From Phyllobates terribilis (taxonomy: Eukaryota), in the NCBI RefSeq assembly GCF_046119375.1, contig NW_027362767.1, positions 262,260,001 to 262,324,000 on the forward strand: a stretch of 64,000 nt of DNA. Direction: 5' to 3'. Position 1 is the first letter of the stretch. Each line of letters opens with the position of its first letter. Of the stretch, positions 56,545 through 64,000 are shown one piece after another. A program made the position numbers and the translations under genes. The notes under the pieces were generated by a model that did no database searches, had not been told where the DNA came from, and worked only from the letters and a program-made list of their open reading frames with translations.

Positions 56545-56786
56545 GTAATGGAGATCATAGTCCTTGTTAGGCAGTTATTCAACAATCTCGCTGACAACTG
56601 CTTTTGTTATGATGCGCATATTGTTTGTTAGGTTTCCATGAACACCTATTATAGAAGCTGGACCCTATTCAGTGTTTTGGGGAGGGTGGTACCATGTTTT
56701 GCTGCGACCATTGTACCCATAATGAAAAGGCCCCTTTGTTATTGTCAGGCCTCCATCAATCACAGATTATTCTTCTCCATACTCAG

Positions 56787-56922
56787 GATGAACGGGGATC
56801 GGCGGCTGATGCAGAGGACACGCCAGCAATCTTGGCCATCAGGAAGATCCGCAGTCTCTTTCCCCAGCTTCTTATTGCGTGTGATGTGTGCCTGTGTCCC
56901 TACACATCACATGGGCACTGCG
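56787..56922 (+). CDS. alad: ALAD coding exon 4 (catalytic Zn ligands C122/C124/C132)
   Basis: DERGSAAD...[15 protein letters not shown]. Confidence 0.98.
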
Positions 56923-57159
56923 GTGAGTCTGCGCCTTCCAGGGTTTTACTAACTTAGGAAAATATGGCTGCTTTCTTCTCAAAACAGGTTGCGAGTGGTA
57001 TTGCAGCTGTGCCTCAGCAAACACAATACACAGGAGCTGTACTACCAACCACAACCTGCACTACCAGACACAACCTGTGGTGACTTGTGGCGCTGTTTAA
57101 TGCAGCCTTGCTTTTCTGTATTGGTGGGATTACATCGGTTACCCTGTTCTGTGTTCTAG

Positions 57160-57243
57160 GAATCCTACGAGAAGATGGCAGCATCCAGAATGAGAGCAGC
57201 TGTCAGCGACTAGCAGAGGTGGCTGTGGCGTATGCCCGTGCAG
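57160..57243 (+). CDS. alad: ALAD coding exon 5
   Basis: [27 protein letters not shown]. Confidence 0.96.
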
Positions 57244-57325
57244 GTAGAATATAGCATATTCTTTTTCTGGCCCAACCTCCAGCCATGCGACATTTCCACA
57301 CACAGTGCATTGATCTGTACCATAG

Positions 57326-57414
57326 GGTGTCACGTGATCGCGCCCTCCGACATGATGGACGGGAGAATCGGGGCTATTAAGAAAGCTTTAATATCACATG
57401 ACTTCGGGAACAGA
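57326..57414 (+). CDS. alad: ALAD coding exon 6
   Basis: [29 protein letters not shown]. Confidence 0.97.
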
Positions 57415-57688
57415 GTAAGTAAAGTTTCATCAGCTTCTATGGGACCTTACTGGGGTCTTACAAGATAAGAAGGAAGGCGCTGCGGTGGGTTTTTTCTATT
57501 TTATAGAAACCACGCCACTCTTGTCTACAGGTTGTGACTGGTAATGCAATTCAGAGCCAGCCTGAAATGATATAATGTGACACTGCCTGGTGCTGTATTG
57601 CAGAGAGCAGTCTTCTGTCTTATCTTGTGCTTAATTTTATATATCTATCGCATATTATATGGGTTTAAATAATATTTTTTATACCTAG

Positions 57689-57744
57689 GTTTCAGTTTTG
57701 AGTTACAGTGCAAAGTTTGCCTCCTGCTTCTATGGTCCATTCAG
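57689..57744 (+). CDS. alad: ALAD coding exon 7 (Schiff-base K199)
   Basis: VSVLSYSAKFASCFYGPF. Confidence 0.97.
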
Positions 57745-58303
57745 GTAAGTGTTAAACGGTCAGCTCTGGAGATGGGGTCACGTGCCATTGGCTCTGCGAC
57801 TCTTTGTGGGATCATCTTTAGGGTTGTCCTTGAAGCTGGATTCATTTTGCATTGTGTGATTTGGCCACTCCGTTGACTATAGGGTTAATGGTGTGGATGG
57901 CGTCCTAGCCGTGCCCCCTGCACTTTGTACCAGAGTAGTTGAGCTGTTGGAAACAGTCAGTGACACTGGTGAATGGTGATCACACTACATATAGGTGCTG
58001 CAATCATCCCAAGATTCCCGATAACATGCCGATCTAATTAGAGAAAGGCGCAGTCTACGGCAGCGGGCCTGCCAGAGAGGGCACCGATGTGCGCCACAGA
58101 AAAGTGCTCCCATGTAGAGATGAGCAAAAATGCTTGCACTGAAATCCGTATACTTCAGAGAATACATGTAGGGCAACCATGATGAAGACACAAAGGCTCC
58201 ACTTCCGTGCCCCTACCCCCTGCAGAGTAACTCTAAGGGCAGAGATGACCAGAGTTGTTATGGGGTCGGGTATTCGTACTCATCTGTTTCCTCTCTATTA
58301 CAG

Positions 58304-58391
58304 AGACGCTGCTCAGTCCAAACCTGCATTCGGTGACCGGAAGTGTTATCAGTTACCTCCCGGGGCCAGAGGACTAGCCAGCAGAGCGGTG
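58304..58391 (+). CDS. alad: ALAD coding exon 8
   Basis: [29 protein letters not shown]. Confidence 0.97.
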
Positions 58392-58501
58392 GTAAGGAGG
58401 CTGACATTACACCTTACAGGTCTCCTTTAAGAGCTAGTCACATGATCCAGAGTGATATCCATCTGGTTACATTGCAATTCATTATACATGATTTGTTTTA
58501 A

Positions 58502-58848
58502 AGGGATTTTCTACTACTTGGATACTGTTGGCCTCTCCCTTGATATAAATCATCAATATCAGATCATGGGAGTCCAGACCCGGCCCCCCGCCAATCAGCT
58601 GTTTGCAATTTTTGGAAGTAATCAGTGTATGGAATCGATGTAGCACCTGTCTGTACACCGCATTGTGGCCACTATTGGGTACTGCAGCTCACATTCACTT
58701 AAATAGGATCTGAGCTGCAGTGCAAAGAACACCATACATTGCTTAGAATGAGGAGCTGCAGACAGCTGATTGATTGGGGGTGTCAAGTCCAAAATCCCAC
58801 TGATCTAGTATTGATGACTGATCAGCATCTAAATACTGGGCAACCACT
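58502..58848. mobile_element. TTAA-flanked MITE (T2/Kolobok-like)
   Basis: TTAA at 58498-58501 and 58849-58852; degenerate AGGGAT.../...CAACCACT ends. Confidence 0.5.
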
Positions 58849-58894
58849 TTAAGACACCTACTACTCCTCTCATCGTGTTTTCTTATTTTGATAG

Positions 58895-59002
<108 letters not shown>

Positions 59003-59104
59003 TAATGATAAAGTCTGTAAATAGGAATAGTATGACCCTATATAAATGAGTAAAATGAATAAAGAAGGGGTGGGCTCACTGAGTGCACATTGCATTTTAT
59101 ATTA

Positions 59105-59345
59105 ACAGTATGCAGGGAGCTGCAGACCGAATCTTACCCTAGTGGTGGCTGCAGGCAGGGTCTTGTGTATCTCTGTATACAGGGAGCTCCCCCTAGTGGT
59201 GGCTGCAGGCGGAATCTTATCATGTATCTCTGTATACAGGGAGATTCTCCTAGTAATGTCTGCAGACCGAATCTTATCCTGCATCTCTATATACAGGGAG
59301 CTTCCCCCTAGTAGTGGCTGGAGACAGACAGTATTTTATCTCTAT
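59105..59345. repeat. short degenerate ~55-60-bp tandem repeat (CTGTATACAGGGAGCTCCCCCTAGTGGTGGCTGCAG) x4
   Basis: Direct reading. Confidence 0.7.
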
Positions 59346-59524
59346 GCAGAGGTTTTGGAGCTCTGTATCAGCATAGGATGCTGGACATAACAATTAAAAA
59401 CTCCTGATATAAGGCGGAGAATTGCATAGATGACAGATATTTGTCTTCCCTTCCTGCTTCCTTATTTTCAGTTATGACCGCAGCGGCAGCTTTCATGTAA
59501 CTAATGTTCCCCTCCATATTTCAG

Positions 59525-59654
59525 CACCCTGACCTTCCACTAGCCGTGTACCATGTGTCGGGGGAGTATGCAATGCTGTGGCATGGAGCAAAGGCCGGAG
59601 CTTTTGACTTGAAGGTAGCGGTATTAGAAGCCATGACTGGATTCAGGAGAGCGG
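59525..59654 (+). CDS. alad: ALAD coding exon 10
   Basis: [43 protein letters not shown]. Confidence 0.97.
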
Positions 59655-60040
59655 GTGAGTGTAATATTTAAGGTAAAGCTGGGTGATGGCCAGAAATGGT
59701 CGCTGTACTATCAGGGTTGTCACCCATCTTACCTAGACTCCTGATTATTGTGTGATATTAGCGCAGGGAAATGAACTATAACATTTGTAAGCAGATTTTC
59801 TCTGAGAGTTATCATGGCAGCACTGCTGGTGTTGGCCCAGAAACAGCGCCACACCTGTCTAAGGGTCATGTCTGGTATTGCAGCTCAGCTACATTGGAGT
59901 GAATGTGGTTGGGCTGCAGTACCACACACAACCTGCAGGCAAATGTGGCGCTGTTTTTTATTTTGTGTTAGAAGAAAGCGGCCATGTACTTCTCCTTTTA
60001 AGGACTTTTGCTCGGTTCCATAATTCTTTTTCTCTTGCAG

Positions 60041-60102
60041 GCGCTGACATCATCATCACTTACTATGTCCCACAACTCCTCAAATGGGTGAAGGAAGTGT
60101 AA
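60041..60102 (+). CDS. alad: ALAD coding exon 11
   Basis: ADIIITYYVPQLLKWVKEV*. The summed CDS is 993 nt = 330 aa. Confidence 0.97.
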
Positions 60103-60616
60103 GGCGACCCTGGAGTCAGCACCAACGTCTCCAGAGCCATGTGCAGCGCTAATATCAGCGCAGACTTCCCGATTATAACTCCGATCGGTTCATTATAATA
60201 GTCTTGTGCTGGGAGTATTAGTAACCCCTTCAGGCTGGGGGCAAATCGCCTAAAAATAATCAATATGAATAGATTTTAGCTCCTGCCATCAAGGGGAGCA
60301 GTGTATGTGCCACTAGATGGAACTGGGTCTCAAGTAGAACATTGGTATAATGCACAGCCTTACATTTTCCTTTTCTCCCGCATTAACCTTCCCTCTTCCT
60401 TCACCTCAACCAGAAAATAGGGGGCAATCCAAAGTTAAAGGGGCCCTTGGATATGTGACAACTGTTAAATCTGTAGAGGGACCTATTCAGTTCCTTCTGG
60501 ATAGGGGACTATGGGAAAAATGCGAGCCCCCTCCCCTGTTCTGGTGATCATTAGACGTCCCACTACGTGTTTAGGGTGGAATACCCCTTAAAAGTCTTTT
60601 GTTGTAATTTTGTTTT

Positions 60617-60939
60617 AATAAAGTTTTAATTTTAAATGGGTTGTCAAGCGCAGCTCTCTTCTAATGAAAAGGAGACGCTCATGATGTCTGCCCAGTGGTG
60701 CTCGTATCATAGGAGGTAGGTGGGAAGACGACAATGGCACCCGATGCGGAAGTGAATGGTGCTGGACAACCCCTTTAAGATTTGTTTTATACCTGCTTTT
60801 AGAGTATTCATACATTGTATTGTGCAGTCATTTCACAGCATTACGTTTTAGTCTTCTGTTTTCGGCTAATGTGTGAGGAGGACATTGTACGTGATACAAA
60901 TATTTTAACGACAAAGTGTTATTCCTTCTATAAAATAAA
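60617..60939 (+). terminator. candidate ALAD polyadenylation signals
   Basis: AATAAA at 60617-60622 and 60934-60939. Confidence 0.55.
60636..60774. mobile_element. TTAA-flanked MITE (T2/Kolobok-like)
   Basis: TTAA-ATGGGTTGTCA...TGGACAACCCCT-TTAA. Confidence 0.7.
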
Positions 60940-63099
60940 AAAAAAGTATTATTAAAATTGTGATACCTTCTTATTTTTTATTATTAAACCTGTTTTTAAA
61001 TGTCACCTGAACCTGCCCGGGTCCTGACTCTTTCCCGTCAGATGATTGGTGAGAAAGTAGGGTTGGGCTTGTTGAATTTCAATATGCCCGATCCCTTTCG
61101 TTCTCTGTGGAAATAAGCAGCTGCCTGAGGGGTGTGTGTGTGGCAGCAGCTTATTCTTTTCTCCCCTCTGAGAACACATGTACCGAAGCTGATCTGAGCG
61201 AACATGTGTATTGGGGAGATTAGAAGTGTAGAGCGATCTGTAGCCCCAGCCTTATAGACTATGGTGCTGTTCACAGCCATCACTTTTTTTATTATTACTG
61301 GATAGAATTTCTACAATAAAATGGAGGAATGTTTGATTTTGATCTGCAGATCGCACCTTTCTTTGTCACAATCCCTCCCTCATTCCTACTTCTGCATCCA
61401 AGCCTGATGTTGCAGGATCCCTGTACCACACTCAGAAAACATTCAGGGAGTGCAGGTCACTCTGGTGGTCTGCGCCAGGACTGCAAGTGATGATATCCCA
61501 TCCTTCAGTCCCGACGGGTTTGATTGGCTGCAGCGGACTGGACCAGGACATCAGAGGCAGATCACATGACTGTCTCAGCCACTCAGCCCTCACGGGACGT
61601 CATCGCTTCCTGTCCTGCTGCTGTTCACCCAGGAGAACAATACTCGATCCATGTTTTAAAACTATCTGTGTGCAATTTCCAACATCCTTTTAAATGTCGT
61701 ACAACCTCCAGGGGAGAATGGTAAATTAGAGAGATCTGTCACTTGCCATAAATAAGTAATTTTTGACTTTGATTATTTGCCGCTGTTCTAAATCTGTTTT
61801 TCTTTTCTTCCTGCCCTCTTCGTTCCGGAGATATGGCCTCATCTTCCTTGTACGTATATCAAGCCTAATTAGCCAAGTGGGCTTGACCATCAACTATTCT
61901 GTGGCTGTGTTCTTCAGGATCACTCCCACTGAGCTAATAAGACTACATGTATGTACAGAGAAGATGGAGCCATATCTCAGGAATGGAGAGGAATAAAAGA
62001 AAAACATTGGCAGATTCAGGAGAACAGCGACATTTACACCAGGTAAGGTATTTCAAATTTCTAGCAACAGACATTGCTGTTTTCCTGCAGATAAAAGGTC
62101 AATGCTGCCTCACTGAAACTAAATCTGCAGGGAAAAAATGAACTTGTTTCTTCCCAGGAGCTGCTGACTTTCAGTCATGGTGGTGTGGCTGAGCGGCTAG
62201 TCATCGTTCATGTAAGCACGCCCTTTGAGTGACAGCCACTGCTGCACCGTGAGCTGCCAGAGTAACGGCGTGCTGACATCTACCACTCCCACTATAGTGA
62301 GCTTTGACGGTAGCCGCTCAGTGCACACACCATGACTGAAAGCCGGCGGCTCCTGGGAGGAAATCGCTTCATTATCTCCCTGTAGCTGCGCTGTCAGTAA
62401 AGTGCCAGGCTGCATTGACCTGAAGATTGCCGGCACATCTGCAGGTACAGAGCATCAGCCGAGGTGACAGATTCCCCTAAGGTGACTTTCCGGTCTGAGA
62501 AGGTGATGTTATGTCACTATCTGATCAGGGGAGATAAACACAGGCTCCAGTCTCGGCTTCGGATAATGGAGGGCCCCGTTTCCCTGCGCAGCTCCACGGT
62601 TCCTCATTTATTAGAAGAGGTCAGACCCCGAGTCCAGCTCACAGGGGATTGTCTAGGCTAGATGCAGTTGGAACAAACCCTCAGCTGTGAGAGGCATTAC
62701 TACAGGACTGGATATAGTGATGTCATTGAGTGACAGCAGCAGAGATGTTAGTACATGGACATAAACTGATCGGAAACCACTATGTGACTATGGAGGGAAT
62801 TAAACAAGTCCTCCCTAGAGCCACTGTGTAGGTGAACGGCTCCCTGACATGCTGCAATCCGTAGTCTGCCGGGGTTATCTCTGCTCGTTATGTTATGGAG
62901 TTTCTATTTAAGCATTTCTCTAATAAATGCTGCTACTTTTCTCCACATCAAGGTCAATTTAAGAGCCAAATATAATTAAAGTGATGAGAGCAGAAGCAGA
63001 GAGCCGAGATAAGTGACGGACTGAACCGACGGTTTCCCTCCGTGTGTGTGAAAACGGGAACCATAATTACCTGCTCTTGTTTCCCCTGAGCGGGTGGGG

Positions 63100-63290
63100 A
63101 GAGATTTTACTGCCGGACCGTAGTCTTCTCATCAAGGTTCCAAGCGCAGCTTCCGGTAAGTGAGGTCGGGGAACAGGGAGATCATGTGACCGGGCTTACA
63201 CTCCTAGGAGGGGGGCGTCTTTACCAATCAGAACGCGGCTTGTATGAGCTGCACCACCTGAAAAAGAGCAGTGATTTGATTGGTTCCTAT
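63100..63290 (+). promoter_or_regulatory. candidate promoter/first non-coding exon of the next gene (HDHD3 expected by synteny)
   Basis: ETS-like CTTCCGG overlapping donor CG|GTAAGT at 63156; CCAAT motifs at ~63223 and ~63279. No coding exon is present in the window. Confidence 0.35.
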
Positions 63291-63579
63291 TAGTAAGAAG
63301 GACTTTATTATTTCCTGTGTTTCAGTGGCTGAATCCCAGTTGGTAGATACCTAGCAGTGATGAGTGAGGAGGGACAGCGCTGTGCACTCAGTGTGATACA
63401 CAGCCATGACACCAAGAAGGCACCAAGCATGGTGGGATGAGGCTGGACAAAAGCCTCGCTGTGAAGGGCTTGTCCACTACTCTAATACTGGCCTATGTTT
63501 AGGATAATAGTATAGAAAATTGGGTGCTCAGCGATATGGTGATGCTCTGGAGTACAATGGCCAAAATCCGTAATAGATA

Positions 63580-63715
63580 GAAACTCCAGCACTCCAAATC
63601 ATAGAATGCCAATTGTTTATTAACAACGAAGTAGCAGAAGCTAGATAATCAGACCCAAAATGAAGTCAGGTAGAGGACTGAACGTTTCGGCCTGGCATGG
63701 CCTTTGTGTCAAGGT
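63580..63715 (-). mobile_element. Penelope-like terminal remnant
   Basis: Minus strand GGCC-atgcca-GGCC-GAAACGTT stem/GAAA motif, followed by AATAAA. Confidence 0.3.
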
Positions 63716-64000
63716 ATATGGTGTCTGAAGGGTCCCAATGTGCAGAAGCACGGTCTCTGTGGAATCACGGCATTCACAGATGCCATGGGTTATTTAAAAA
63801 GAAATTAAGTTATCTCATACCCAAAGAACAGGTGATCGCTGGGGGTCCGACCAATGGGACCACCAGCGATCCTGAGAATGGGGCTCTGGAATGCCATCCT
63901 GAATGGAGTTGCATTGCTCTCACTCGACCTCCGCTCTATTCACTATCTATGGGGATGCCAGAGAAAGAGGTGTTCACCGCTCCGTTATTTTCCCAGTCCC

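Overview
Vertebrate (anuran, probably hyloid frog; inferred from the repeat families) genomic window carrying the conserved C9orf43<-/->POLE3->ALAD gene cluster. From left to right: a 10.7-kb 23-bp satellite; a 13-coding-exon C9orf43-like gene on the minus strand (33093..11469, modelled at 511 aa) whose introns are filled with 24/72/96-bp, 35-36-bp and 17-bp tandem arrays and an apparently intact full-length CR1 LINE; a bidirectional promoter (~33950-34480); POLE3 (+, 4 coding exons, 146 aa) with two Tc1/mariner insertions; and ALAD (+, 11 coding exons, 330 aa), with a GC-rich array of 41 splice-donor-bearing units at its 5' end and a decayed CR1 (itself interrupted by a Tc1) inside a 97-bp minisatellite in the intron after coding exon 2. 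The most notable signals are in the two divergent CR1 LINEs. Both end ORF1 with an in-phase U_UUA_AAC slippery heptamer immediately followed by UAG, with ORF2 open in the -1 frame, which suggests programmed -1 frameshifting. Both also carry an intron-like 5'UTR. In the intact copy, the acceptor of that 5'UTR could fuse C9orf43 in frame to ORF1. The very long ORFs in the ORF track between 11.8 and 18.7 kb and at 44-45.6 kb are tandem-repeat artefacts.
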